NCBI GenBank assembly: GCA_965225855.1
Contig: CBDDCK010000005.1
Coordinates: forward strand, 384,001-448,000
Origin: Spirochaetia bacterium
GTDB taxonomy: Bacteria > Spirochaetota > Spirochaetia > SP-2023
Reading direction: 5' to 3'
DNA length: 64,000 nucleotides
Shown here: piece by piece, positions 39,866-51,372 of the stretch
Layout: every line of letters begins with the position of its first letter
How positions within the stretch are numbered: the stretch's first letter is position 1
Program-made: the position numbers and the translations under genes
The notes under the pieces: model-generated
Seen by the model: only the letters and a program-made list of their open reading frames with translations
The model's database searches: none
What the model was told of the DNA's origin: nothing

Positions 39866-40659
39866 TTGCTTTACAAGATGCCTGCATGATTTTTCACCCA
39901 GGTAGTGTTGATGAGATGATGGCCCTAAAACCATGTAATCTGCAGATTGACGCTGGTGATTTTATTACGATTATTGGTACTAATGGGGCGGGTAAGTCTA
40001 CTTTATTTAATGCTATTTCCGGCCACTTTCCGCTGAGTAGTGGTAAAATTTTTTTAAATGAAATCAATATTTCCAAAATGCCAGAACATCGTAGGGCCAA
40101 GCTAATAGGGCGCATTTTTCAAAATCCGGCAATGGGTACAGCAGCGAATATGAGTTTAGAGCATAATTTATGTATTGCCAGTAATAAAGAGATGAAGTCT
40201 TTAAAAATTAGTTTGAATGCTGCTAAGCGCAAAGAATTTTGCGAATACTTGAAGCATCTGGATATGAATTTAGAAGAACGATTGAGTGATAATGTTGGTC
40301 AATTCTCTGGCGGTCAACGTCAAGCGATTACTTTATTGATGATGATTCTTTCGCCCCCTAAGTTGGTTTTGTTGGACGAACATACAGCTGCTCTTGACCC
40401 AGCCAATATGGCCAAGATAATGGAATTAACTCGTTATTTTATTGATAAATATCAATTGACAGCGATGATGATCACCCATGATATGAAGCAGGCAATTGAT
40501 TATGGCAACCGCCTATTGATGATGGATCAAGGTGAGATTATTTTTGATATTCGCGGTAAAGAAAAAGAAAACCTTTTTCCTAAAGATTTAATTGATAAAT
40601 TCCATGAGTTGCGAGGTGCTTCATGCGATCTAGGCGACCAAACCATGCTTAGTATATAG
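39856..40659 (+). CDS. ABC transporter ATPase
   Basis: GTNGAGKST, FSGGQRQA, LLDEHTAALDP. Confidence 0.9.
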   Translation: MVVIALQDACMIFHPGSVDEMMALKPCNLQIDAGDFITIIGTNGAGKSTLFNAISGHFPLSSGKIFLNEINISKMPEHRRAKLIGRIFQNPAMGTAANMSLEHNLCIASNKEMKSLKISLNAAKRKEFCEYLKHLDMNLEERLSDNVGQFSGGQRQAITLLMMILSPPKLVLLDEHTAALDPANMAKIMELTRYFIDKYQLTAMMITHDMKQAIDYGNRLLMMDQGEIIFDIRGKEKENLFPKDLIDKFHELRGASCDLGDQTMLSI

Positions 40660-40748
40660 CTTAGTTTGAATAAAAGAACCAAGGAGGTATTTCTTGGAAT
40701 TCTAGCTTGCCAATTGCCTGTAACAACATTAGAATCTGGCACCTCTTT

Positions 40749-40822
40749 GGACGATTAGCTCAGCTGGATAGAGTGCTTCCCTCCGGAGGAAGAGGTCGTG
40801 GGTTCGAATCCCTCATCGTTCG
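40749..40822 (+). tRNA. tRNA-Arg(CCG)
   Basis: Acceptor stem GGACGAT/ATCGTTC, D arm GCTC..GAGT, anticodon arm CTTCC-CT-CCG-GA-GGAAG, T loop TTCGAAT. CCA not encoded; one T-T mismatch in the T stem. Confidence 0.93.
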
Positions 40823-40825
40823 TTT

Positions 40826-42637
40826 TCAAGACTCCTTGATAAGGCCTACAGCTATCGCTCTTTTTCCAGAATGCATTCCCACTATCGGAGAAGTCTCGGT
40901 TATGTAATCGGCAGTTTTTTGGGTGATGCCTTGCAAAATGTTTGCAAGCAATGAAGCATCTTTTTGCGCTGCTGCATGGGTAATGCCGTATGATTGCACT
41001 TTGTTGGTTTTGTGGATTGTTTTGATTATATGGGCTGCTTTTTTTAAAAGCCCTTGGTATGAAAATGCTTTGCTGTAGACAATACCATTACCATTTGGGC
41101 CGAGTGTAATAATCGGTTTTAAATTGAGTAAAGAAGCTAGCCAACCTTTTGTGCGGCTAATTCGTCCACCGCGGATAAAATGTTTCAGCGTGGGCACAAA
41201 CACAAAGGTTTTAATTCTCTTTTTTAGGTTTTCTGCTAGAATTATTAAAGATTCCAAAGATTTTTCTGTGGCAGCGGCCTGGGCAATTTGAATGACTAAT
41301 AAACCCAGAGCAATAGAATTCAGGCAAGTATCCACCACGGCAATCTTTTGAGCTTTGTCATTATATTGTTTGGCGCATTGCTGCAATTGGCCCCAAAACC
41401 CACTTTGCACTTTGGCTATGGGCAAGACAATAATGCCTTCATAATATTCTAGTAAATATTGAAATAAACTGTGGATATTGGCAGGTGCGGGTAGTGAGCT
41501 GCTCGGGAAACAAGAGCTTTGCGCTTGTTTTTGATAAAACTGCTCTGCTGTGATGGTTAAGCGGTCGAGATATTCATTCTGACCCCATATAAGTTTAAAG
41601 CTGATGATATGTATTTGGTAGTTATCTAGTATATCTTGCGGTATATCGGCAACCGAGTCTGTTACAATGGCAATTTCCCCAATTTTTTGTTGTTGTACTT
41701 GTTGTTGGCGAAACATATCATCGACTTTTTGGTCATAAATGATACCCGATTTTTGCAGTATGGCATAGGCTAGCTCTGGTTGGTTGGTATGGATATGCAC
41801 TCTATTTTTTCTAGCACCTTGGCTAAGCACCAATGAATCGCCAATGGTTTGCAATTCTTGCTTTAATTGTTTTTGCGGTATGGAGTCTTCAGCATGCCCG
41901 ACTAAAAATTCAGCACAATAGCGGTATTTCAATTCTGTTTCTAAATTATGTGGGCCATGGGCAAAGGCTTCACTGTTGTATTCAGAGTCTATATGAAAAG
42001 ATTTCCTAAAGGATAAACTGGCAAAATCACTGCGGTTTAATTGTGCTATGCCTTCGAGAAAATAGATAAAGCCCTGCGCACCGGCATCGAATACATTATT
42101 TTTTTGCAAGACGGGAAGTTGTTCTTTGGTTTTATCCAAGCTGTTACGTGCTTGCACCAATGCTTGCGCCAAAGTTTGCAGCAATGGGGTTTGGGAAAGG
42201 CTACTTTGGTAAATAGATTCTGCCCAAGTTTTTAACACGGTTAGAATGGTACCCTCAACAGGGTTGGTTATTGCTTCATAAACTAAGGAAACAGCATTTT
42301 TGGCAGATTGTGCCAACTCGGCTAAAGATAAAAGCATTTTATCTGGGGTATGGGCTGCCAAGCCGTTGAGGTATTGCGAACATATTAAGCCGGAACTGCC
42401 TCTAGCGCTTTCTAAAGATAGGTTGGCAATATTGTTTAATGTTGTTTTTGCCGAGCGAACGGGGCACAGCCTATTGGTAATGGTAGCCATAGTCATACAG
42501 AGGTTGGTGCCCGTATCGCCATCTGCTACGGGGAATACGTTAATCTTATTTAAGTATTTCCTTTGCTTTTGGATGTTGTTTAAGCCAAAGAGAAAACCAT
42601 AGTAAATATGGTAGCCGCTAATATTTTCTCTATTCAT
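40826..42637 (-). CDS. DAK2 (FakA-like) domain fused to DegV (FakB-like) fatty-acid-binding domain
   Basis: LNKINVFPVADGDTGTN, ARGSSG, PVEGTILTV, HIHTN, then IAIVTDS...RGGRI...LNLKPII. Confidence 0.9.
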   Translation of the reverse strand: MNRENISGYHIYYGFLFGLNNIQKQRKYLNKINVFPVADGDTGTNLCMTMATITNRLCPVRSAKTTLNNIANLSLESARGSSGLICSQYLNGLAAHTPDKMLLSLAELAQSAKNAVSLVYEAITNPVEGTILTVLKTWAESIYQSSLSQTPLLQTLAQALVQARNSLDKTKEQLPVLQKNNVFDAGAQGFIYFLEGIAQLNRSDFASLSFRKSFHIDSEYNSEAFAHGPHNLETELKYRYCAEFLVGHAEDSIPQKQLKQELQTIGDSLVLSQGARKNRVHIHTNQPELAYAILQKSGIIYDQKVDDMFRQQQVQQQKIGEIAIVTDSVADIPQDILDNYQIHIISFKLIWGQNEYLDRLTITAEQFYQKQAQSSCFPSSSLPAPANIHSLFQYLLEYYEGIIVLPIAKVQSGFWGQLQQCAKQYNDKAQKIAVVDTCLNSIALGLLVIQIAQAAATEKSLESLIILAENLKKRIKTFVFVPTLKHFIRGGRISRTKGWLASLLNLKPIITLGPNGNGIVYSKAFSYQGLLKKAAHIIKTIHKTNKVQSYGITHAAAQKDASLLANILQGITQKTADYITETSPIVGMHSGKRAIAVGLIKES

Positions 42638-42818
42638 ATAGTTTACTCCTCTGGCTATTTAGTTCAATACAGATAGGCTAGCCTTAGCTTTATTGGGAAG
42701 ATCAATTTAGTGAAAAAAATTGTTTTTGCATAGCTATACAAACTACCTTAATTCAAAATTTTCAATTACGATAGGCCCCTAAGATAATTTGTCAAATTAA
42801 TGTGTATAAAGGTTTTTT

Positions 42819-43460
42819 ATGCTAGTAGCCGCTTTATTGTTGACCTATTTGATAGGCTCTATACCTTTTGCCGTGATAACTGGCTATATTGTTGACTCTA
42901 CAGATATTAGAACAAAAGGCAGTGGCAATGCTGGTGCAACTAATGTTTGGCGTGTTTTGGGTTGGAAGCCGGCTGTTATTGTGTTGTTGTTGGATTTTAC
43001 CAAAGCCTTTGTCCCGGTTTTTTGGCTGCCCCAATGGCCTTATTTTTGGCCTTATTTTTGGCCTTATTTTGATAGTTATTTGTATGGACACAAGGAATTT
43101 TTGCAAATGGCCTTGCTGTTTTGCGCAGTTATTGGGCACGCCTTCCCCATTTGGTGTAAATTCCGCGGAGGTAAAGGGGTTGCCACGTGGGCAGGAGGTG
43201 TTGCCGCTATTTTTTGGCCGGCGATTCCGTTTGGTTTGGCGGTGTTTGCGCTAACGGTTGCGTGGACTCGCTTTGTTTCTTTGGCATCGTTAGTTACGGT
43301 ATGGCTGCTGCCGGCTTTTTATGGGGCTTTTGTTGCTATAAGCCAAAAGCAATTTTCTTGGTATTTGTTGGCTTTCTTTTTGCTAATGGCTGTTTTCATT
43401 ACATTTTTACACCGCAACAATATCCGCCGTTTATTGCATAAAGAAGAACCGAAGATTTAA
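42819..43460 (+). CDS. plsY: Glycerol-3-phosphate acyltransferase
   Basis: YLIGSIP, GSGNAGATNV, GHAFP, FRGGKGVAT, HRNNIRRL. Confidence 0.96.
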   Translation: MLVAALLLTYLIGSIPFAVITGYIVDSTDIRTKGSGNAGATNVWRVLGWKPAVIVLLLDFTKAFVPVFWLPQWPYFWPYFWPYFDSYLYGHKEFLQMALLFCAVIGHAFPIWCKFRGGKGVATWAGGVAAIFWPAIPFGLAVFALTVAWTRFVSLASLVTVWLLPAFYGAFVAISQKQFSWYLLAFFLLMAVFITFLHRNNIRRLLHKEEPKI

Positions 43461-43677
43461 TGGAAAACTGTAATTGTTTGGTAGAAAACTCACTGCTAAA
43501 TTTTAAGTGAGTCTTTTTTGAATGAAATATGAACAAATGTTGCCTTTGGCAAAAATAAGCCCCCACCCCAACACCAAACCAATAGCTGCCCCACCCCCAA
43601 CCAACACCCCAAAGCAACAAACCCGATCAACATTGTATTGCCAAAATTGTTTGCGTGAAGAGCCCCGACTAAATAGT

Positions 43678-43949
43678 TGATCCGGAACATGATAACTGAA
43701 CGGGATAAGACGCGATAACTCGGGATTTTTTTGGGGACAAATGGAAGGTAAAAATTGGCTTACTTTCCAAAATAAAAAGGTAAAAAAATTTTTGTTTTTC
43801 GGCCTATGGGTTGTCGGCAACAATACGCTTTATATCATGGTAACGGGCCACGGTCTCAAAAAGCTAATAAGGTTTCTGAAAAAAGCTAGTAAGGTTTTGA
43901 CTGAAAACCTTACTAGCTTTTTTGATTGGCAACCTGGGGATTTTCCAAC
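43678..43949 (+). mobile_element. Second copy of the element's left-end block, upstream of lipoprotein copy 3
   Basis: TGATCCGGAACATGATAACT...GACGCGATAACT followed by about 230 bp nearly identical to 18242-18490. No matching right end seen after copy 3. Confidence 0.8.
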
Positions 43950-44367
43950 GAGGCTGTGGCAGTCTCTAAAAAAATCGCAAAAAATTGTATTGTATTATTT
44001 TGCTAAAAACTGGGCTGTACTGCGATACAAAAAACTCAAATTCTTATTCTTATACTTTGTGCCATGATGTTTCGTACGATCATACGCAACGCCCGGACTG
44101 CGTCTAGCGTATTACAAATTTTTACCCAAGGTATCTCAAGCAATCTCAAGGTATCTCAAATAATCTCAAGCCTTTTGATTGGCATGGATTTTGAACCACC
44201 TTACAACACTAAACAACACTAAACAACACTAAACATAAAAAAACTTACAAAAAGCTTACAAAAAGCTTGTATGGGCCTTGACGCAACACCCCCCCTAGCA
44301 AAATGGGGATTTACAGACTAGCCCGTATGGGTTGGCCAATCTTTATCCATTGTTGGAGGTATTGCTT

Positions 44368-46401
44368 ATGTATAAGCTCAAACTACTTTTATTGCCATTA
44401 GCCTGGCTACTGGCCTTTATGGCCTTTGCCTGCGCCCCACCCGATGACGATGATCGATCTTCTGGGCCGTCTGGGCCTGCAATCACCAGTGCAAGCTACG
44501 ATGTTGGCACGGCTCTGTTAACCGTACAAGGTACTGACTTAAGTCCTACAGAAGCGCAAATCCAAACCATCGTAGTAGATGGCGTAGCTTTAGATTCCTA
44601 TACTGCAGATGACCCAGCCACTGGGCCAGATAGTAGCGATCTTGCAAAAGGTAAGTACCGTATTAAAAGCGATGGCACAGCGATTTGGCTGAAACTTAAA
44701 GATCAACATAAAGCTACTCTGAATGGCAAGGTGGGTAGCAATGGTCTAAAAAAAGGCTTGCTTAGCGTTGGCACTGGTGCTTGGGCGGGTTTAAATACAG
44801 CCAAAGACTTGGAAGTTAGTAATGTACCCGAAAATAAGCAGTCTAAAGTATCCGATGACAATCAGCCATCTAAGCAAACTGAAGAAGCTGAACAAGACGA
44901 ACAAGCTGAAGAAGTCGAACAAGCTGAAGATAAGCAGTCTAAGACCGAAACTGAAGAAGAGTCGCCTAAGCAACCTAAAGCCGAAGATCAGTCGCCTGAA
45001 GCCGCAATTACCGGTGCAAGCTACCATGTTGGCACGGCGCTGTTAACCTTGCAAGGTAATGACTTAGGTAGTGCAACCCAAGCCCAAATCCAAACTATCA
45101 CGGTAGATGGCTTAGCCTTCAGTTCCTATATTGCAGATGCCACAGCCACTGGGGCAGATAGTCGCAGTCTTGCAAAAGGTAAGTACCGCATTAAAAACGA
45201 TGGCACAGCGATTTGGCTGAAACTTACCGATACCGATAAAGCTGCTCTGAATGGCAAGACAGGTATGGATAGCAATGGTCTAAAAGATGGGTTGCTTACT
45301 AGCACTGGTGCTTGGGCGGGTTTAGATACAGCCAAAGGCTTGGCCGTTAGTGGACACCCACCCACAATTACCCGTGCAAGCTATGATGTTGGCACGGCGC
45401 TGTTAACTGTACAAGGCACGAACTTAAGTCCTACAGAAGCCCAAATCCAAACCATCGTGGTAGATGGCTTAGCCTTAATTTCCTATACTGCAGATACCAC
45501 AGCCACTGGGGTAAATAGTAACGGTCTTGAAAAAGGTAAGTACCGCATTAAAAACGATGGTACAGCGCTTTGGCTTTACCTTACCGATCGACATAAAGAT
45601 GCTCTGAATGGCAAGACAGGTATGGATAGCAATGGTCTAAAAGATGGGTTGCTTACTAGCACTGGTACTTGGGCGGGTTTAGATACAGCCAAAGGCTTGG
45701 CCGTTAGTGGAAACCCCGCACCCGCAATTACCCGTGCAACCTACAATGTAAATACAGGCTCATTAAAGATTACAGGTACTAATTTACCAAAAGCAGTTAC
45801 AGGCTGGGACTTTAGGGAATTGACGATTGTATCCGGTGATGGTAAGAAGAGATTGACATTATCCCGGTATACAATAGGTTCTGCAGCAAGTGCAACAAGC
45901 TTAAAGATTAGTTTAAATAGAGCCAAAGCCAATGCTATATTGGTTAAGGATGGTGATAGTGATGATGCTGGTGCATACAACCTGGAAGCAGCAGCAGGCT
46001 TTGTACCTGGTAGTAGCGCTGAAGACACAAGCAACCCTATTACCGTTAGTGGGAATACCATCGCCAGCGCAGAATACAATCCTAATACAGGCAAGTTAAC
46101 TATTGTCGGTAAAGGTTTACCGACAACAATTGCAGAGTGGGACTTTAGCAAATTGACGATTGTATCCCGTGATGGTACTAAGAGATTGACATTACCACGG
46201 CACTCAACTGTAGGTGAAAACAGAGCCACAGGTACTGTAGCAGTTACAAAAGGCGTAATTATTATTTTAAGCGGTAGTGTAAAAACCAATGCCGATGCTA
46301 TAATGCAGGATCGTTTTGGTCATTACAAACTTGAAGCAGCAGCAGGATTTGTACCTGGTGGTCCAGCAGACCCAACAGTTGTTCTTACTAGGAGTTCCTA
46401 A
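44368..46401 (+). CDS. Surface lipoprotein family copy 3 (A-linker-A-A-B-B)
   Basis: Same RBS and signal peptide (lipobox FMAFA-C); three A and two B domains. Confidence 0.9.
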   Translation: MYKLKLLLLPLAWLLAFMAFACAPPDDDDRSSGPSGPAITSASYDVGTALLTVQGTDLSPTEAQIQTIVVDGVALDSYTADDPATGPDSSDLAKGKYRIKSDGTAIWLKLKDQHKATLNGKVGSNGLKKGLLSVGTGAWAGLNTAKDLEVSNVPENKQSKVSDDNQPSKQTEEAEQDEQAEEVEQAEDKQSKTETEEESPKQPKAEDQSPEAAITGASYHVGTALLTLQGNDLGSATQAQIQTITVDGLAFSSYIADATATGADSRSLAKGKYRIKNDGTAIWLKLTDTDKAALNGKTGMDSNGLKDGLLTSTGAWAGLDTAKGLAVSGHPPTITRASYDVGTALLTVQGTNLSPTEAQIQTIVVDGLALISYTADTTATGVNSNGLEKGKYRIKNDGTALWLYLTDRHKDALNGKTGMDSNGLKDGLLTSTGTWAGLDTAKGLAVSGNPAPAITRATYNVNTGSLKITGTNLPKAVTGWDFRELTIVSGDGKKRLTLSRYTIGSAASATSLKISLNRAKANAILVKDGDSDDAGAYNLEAAAGFVPGSSAEDTSNPITVSGNTIASAEYNPNTGKLTIVGKGLPTTIAEWDFSKLTIVSRDGTKRLTLPRHSTVGENRATGTVAVTKGVIIILSGSVKTNADAIMQDRFGHYKLEAAAGFVPGGPADPTVVLTRSS

Positions 46402-46869
46402 GTAAGTAAGGGTTTGGTTTAACTGCGCTTGCATTTGAAAATTGCAACCTTGGTAAGTTTTCTTATCAAGGCTGCTTTTATCAATTACAGCCTTGGTATG
46501 GATAAAATAGCAAGGCTGGAAAAAAATTTATTAAGGCTACAAATTTTTTTGTCAAGGCTGGAAATTTTTTTATTAAGGCTGCTTTTGCCAATTATAGCCT
46601 TGGTAAATACGGGAAGCCAATATAGCCAAAGGCTGGTACAACCAAGCTAAAAAGAACAAAAAAACTTGGAAGCCCAATTTACAGGCTTTAGACGGCTAAG
46701 TGTTTATGAGCGCAGTACAGCCTAAAAAGTAAGTAAATTTGCACGCAAGTCGTTTCATTTTGTGTGCGCCGTTACAAAAATCCAATTTTAGTTTCTAATG
46801 AGTTGACCTAAGTCTATACTGTCCATACTATAAAGCATATCAAAAATATGCGGGTTGACCGCAATATAA

Positions 46870-48186
<1,317 letters not shown>

Positions 48187-48190
48187 AAAC

Positions 48191-48230
48191 TTAAAAAGCC
48201 GACTTGTGCCCTCCCAAGTCGGCTTTTTAA
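48191..48230. terminator. Bidirectional intrinsic terminator between convergent eno and glnA
   Basis: ttaaaaagccgacttg-N8-caagtcggctttttaa. Confidence 0.85.
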
Positions 48231-48231
48231 A

Positions 48232-50352
48232 TTACAAGGTAAACAACAATTCTTCGTAAGAAGGATATGGCCAAGCTTTCCGATCACATAAATGTTCTAA
48301 TCGGTCAATCTTTTCACGTAAATTATTCATCAACGGAATCATTTTACTGTAAACAAAGTCGGCTTGTTGTTGATCCGCACTGATTATTTCCGACTCTTGA
48401 CGAACAATACGTAAATTTTCAACCGATTCAACAATAGCTTCTAATAATTCATTAATTTCTGTAATCCGAGTTAATTGTCGCTCTACCTTCAGACTCAATT
48501 TCTGCTGCTTACGAACAACATTAATACTGTTTTCCAACTGTTTTTCTCCAGCAGGAATAACGCCAGTATTAGCCATTTCTTCCAATACTAAAGCCTCTAT
48601 GTTCAACAATTTATTGTAAACTTCTAAACGAATTTCATAACGAGAATGCAATTCTTCTTTATTTAGAATACCGTGTTTTTCAAACAGAGCTATAGTTTCA
48701 TCACTAATCAATGTCGGAAGAACATCAGGACTACTCTTCAAATTGGGCAATCCCCGTTTACGAGCTTCTTCTTGCCATTCTTCTGCATAACCATTGCCAT
48801 TAAAAATAATCCGCTTATGTTGCTCATAAGTTTGAGAAACCAATTCTTGGATCGTCTTGTTAACATCAGAACTGCTTTCCAACACATCAGCAAAATCAGA
48901 GAGAACATCGGCAACCGCTGTATTTAGGACAATATTGGAATCCGCAATGGACATAGCCGATCCAACCATACGAAATTCAAACTTATTCCCAGTGAAGGCA
49001 AAAGGAGAAGTTCTATTGCGATCACTATTATCTTTAGGTAACTCTGGCACAAGTGCAGAGCCAATGCCAATCATATCTTTATTTTTTGCTTTTTGAAATG
49101 TACCATTAGCAAATCCAGCCAAACTATTTTCCATTTCCTTTCCCAGAAATATAGAAATAATTGCCGGTGGGGCTTCATTTGCACCCAAGCGATGATCATT
49201 GCCTGCAGAACTCGCTGTCAAACGCAGCAATGCTGCATTTTGATCGACAGCTTTTAGTACCGCCGCGACAAACAACAAAAAGCGACAATTATCTTCTTCG
49301 GTTTTTCCCGGGTCAAATAAATTGAGACCGGTATCAGTACTTAAAGCCCAATTGTTGTGTTTCCCCGAGCCATTGACTCCAGCATAAGGTCTTTCATGCA
49401 ACAAACAAACTAAACCATTGCGCTGAGCGATTCGTTTCAAAGTTTCCATTATAATTTGGTTTTGGTCGGTTGCCAAATTAGTCGTGCTAAAAATAGGAGC
49501 TAATTCAAATTGATTGGGAGCAACTTCATTATGCTGAGTGCGAACAGTAACACCTAAATCCCATAGTTCTTCATTCAATTCAGCCATAAATTTAGAAACT
49601 TTTTCTGGAACACTGCCAAAATAATGATCTTCCATTTCTTGGCCTTTTGCTGGCATTGAGCCCATCATAGTTCGACCTGTCAAGCGCAAATCAGGACGTT
49701 TGTCAAATAATTCTTGATTTACCAAGAAATATTCTTGTTCAGCACCAACAGTACTGTCTACATAGGAAATATTTTTCATACCAATAGAGTATAAAACACG
49801 CACAGCTTGCTGGGATACAGCTGCCATGGAACGCAGCAATGGAGCTTTTTTATCCAGAGCTTCACCTGTATAGGAAACAAATACAGTTGGAATACATAGA
49901 ACCAAAGAATTTTCAGCATTTTTCTTTAAAAAAGCGGGAGAGGAGGTATCCCAAGCTGTATAACCACGTGCTTCAAATGTGGCACGCAAGCCACCATTAG
50001 GAAAAGATGAAGCATCAGGTTCACCCATAATCAGTTCTTTACCGGAAAACTCTGAAATTACTAAACCGTCTTCTTTTAACACAATGAAAGCTTCATGTTT
50101 TTCTGCTGTTAAACCAGTCAATGGATGAAACCAATGGCTAAAATGTGTTGCACCATTTTCCAATGCCCAATCTTTCATTGCGGTCGCAATAATATCAGCT
50201 GTATGCAAATCTAAGACATTTTTACCGTTCCGAACAGCCTGAAGAAATTTGTAGCATGATTTAGGCAAACGATTTTGTAATTGCCTTTCCGTAAAACAAT
50301 GTCTACCAAATGATTTTTCAAAATCATAGTTTTTTGTCACTTTCTCGGACAC
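48232..50352 (-). CDS. glnA: Glutamine synthetase type III
   Basis: ATHFSHWFHPLTG, GEPDASSFPNGGLRATFEARGY, HNEVAPNQFE, NGSGKHNNW, DRNRTSPFAFTGNKFEFR; about 700 aa. Confidence 0.95.
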   Translation of the reverse strand: MSEKVTKNYDFEKSFGRHCFTERQLQNRLPKSCYKFLQAVRNGKNVLDLHTADIIATAMKDWALENGATHFSHWFHPLTGLTAEKHEAFIVLKEDGLVISEFSGKELIMGEPDASSFPNGGLRATFEARGYTAWDTSSPAFLKKNAENSLVLCIPTVFVSYTGEALDKKAPLLRSMAAVSQQAVRVLYSIGMKNISYVDSTVGAEQEYFLVNQELFDKRPDLRLTGRTMMGSMPAKGQEMEDHYFGSVPEKVSKFMAELNEELWDLGVTVRTQHNEVAPNQFELAPIFSTTNLATDQNQIIMETLKRIAQRNGLVCLLHERPYAGVNGSGKHNNWALSTDTGLNLFDPGKTEEDNCRFLLFVAAVLKAVDQNAALLRLTASSAGNDHRLGANEAPPAIISIFLGKEMENSLAGFANGTFQKAKNKDMIGIGSALVPELPKDNSDRNRTSPFAFTGNKFEFRMVGSAMSIADSNIVLNTAVADVLSDFADVLESSSDVNKTIQELVSQTYEQHKRIIFNGNGYAEEWQEEARKRGLPNLKSSPDVLPTLISDETIALFEKHGILNKEELHSRYEIRLEVYNKLLNIEALVLEEMANTGVIPAGEKQLENSINVVRKQQKLSLKVERQLTRITEINELLEAIVESVENLRIVRQESEIISADQQQADFVYSKMIPLMNNLREKIDRLEHLCDRKAWPYPSYEELLFTL

Positions 50353-50489
50353 AATGATTCTCCTTTATGAGTTTATTTGCATAAACTATATTCTACAAAG
50401 CAAATATTATGTCAACCTAAATATATATAAAATAACTTTTAATAATGATATATAAATAAACAAATAGAAGTGAGTTTCATGACTATATA

Positions 50490-50532
50490 CAAACAAAGAC
50501 GCTCTGAACAAATCAAATGCTCAGAGCGTCTT
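50490..50532 (-). terminator. Probable terminator of the flaA pair
   Basis: Inverted repeat aagacgctctga...tcagagcgtctt followed by TTTGTTTG on the minus strand, downstream of the flaA stop. Confidence 0.7.
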
Positions 50533-50577
50533 AAAGAATAGATTATCCTATACTAGCAGACATAATTTCTAAATCTC

Positions 50578-51345
50578 TCACCAATTATCAGCCGGATCAT
50601 CGGGATCTTTGGCATTAATACCAAAAAGGTCTGTAGTAGCTCGTAAATCATCAAAATAAACATAAAAATTACCAATAGAATCTTCTAAACTAGTCTCAAT
50701 TTTAAAGGATTCTATTAAAAGACCTGTTCCTAAATCACTTTGCTGAAAGTCACGCTGTTTCAAACTAGGAGGTATAGTAGCTGTCAATTTCTTCCAACCC
50801 AAAAAGTTAAGATTACCCATATACAATTCGTATCGCTTACCTTTTCCAACGAGCTCTTTGACAACCAATTTTAAAACATGATTTGCATTGCGCCCAGCAA
50901 CCCACACAGACACAGTTTTAACTGTACCTTCAATTGGGACAGGACGTCTAGGTACAATGAAAGCTTCACCGATAGAACGCCTCTTAAAATTTATACGAAC
51001 ACCCAAAATATTAAAATCTTGGTTAGCAGAAGCATCATTGCCCTCTTTTAATTGAGGAATCTTTGGCTTTGCTTGGGGACCAGAAGATATACGAGTGCGA
51101 GTTAAAATCGTACCATTATCCCTAGAAAAATGACCAGACCAGAATCCTTCATCCTCAAAACTACGTATAGGAATCTCTTTAATGTTCTGCTGAGCTTTTA
51201 TTTGATACATCATAGTTGGATCTGTATCGGGAGCACCAGCATCAACGACAACATCCGTGTTTTCTTGAGCAAACAGTGTTAAAGTGGTAAAGACCATAAA
51301 AACTAGATTTAGTAAGCTCAACAATGTCATGCGATATTTATTCAT
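50578..51345 (-). CDS. flaA: Flagellar filament outer-layer (sheath) protein FlaA, second paralogue
   Basis: Signal peptide, ILGVRINFKRR, PIEGTVKTVSVWVAGRN, LNFLGWKKL, YVYFDDLRATTD. Confidence 0.9.
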   Translation of the reverse strand: MNKYRMTLLSLLNLVFMVFTTLTLFAQENTDVVVDAGAPDTDPTMMYQIKAQQNIKEIPIRSFEDEGFWSGHFSRDNGTILTRTRISSGPQAKPKIPQLKEGNDASANQDFNILGVRINFKRRSIGEAFIVPRRPVPIEGTVKTVSVWVAGRNANHVLKLVVKELVGKGKRYELYMGNLNFLGWKKLTATIPPSLKQRDFQQSDLGTGLLIESFKIETSLEDSIGNFYVYFDDLRATTDLFGINAKDPDDPADNW

Positions 51346-51372
51346 CTCTTTTCAATTCTCCTTTTCCTAAGT

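Noticed and set aside
40749..40826. tRNA-Arg as an island integration site
   Set aside because: No duplicated tRNA 3' end and no adjacent integrase; flanked by housekeeping genes.
43503..44067. Short ORFs in the left-end blocks (43503-43823, 43741-44067, 18205-18414, 18369-18599) as transposase remnants
   Set aside because: Frames are not preserved between the two near-identical blocks and show no HTH or DDE motifs.
50390..50417. dif-like site (attctacaaag-caaata-ttatgtcaacc)
   Set aside because: Only the XerD-like arm matches. It overlaps a TTGACA probably belonging to the glnA promoter, and the apparent skew change lies several kb away.
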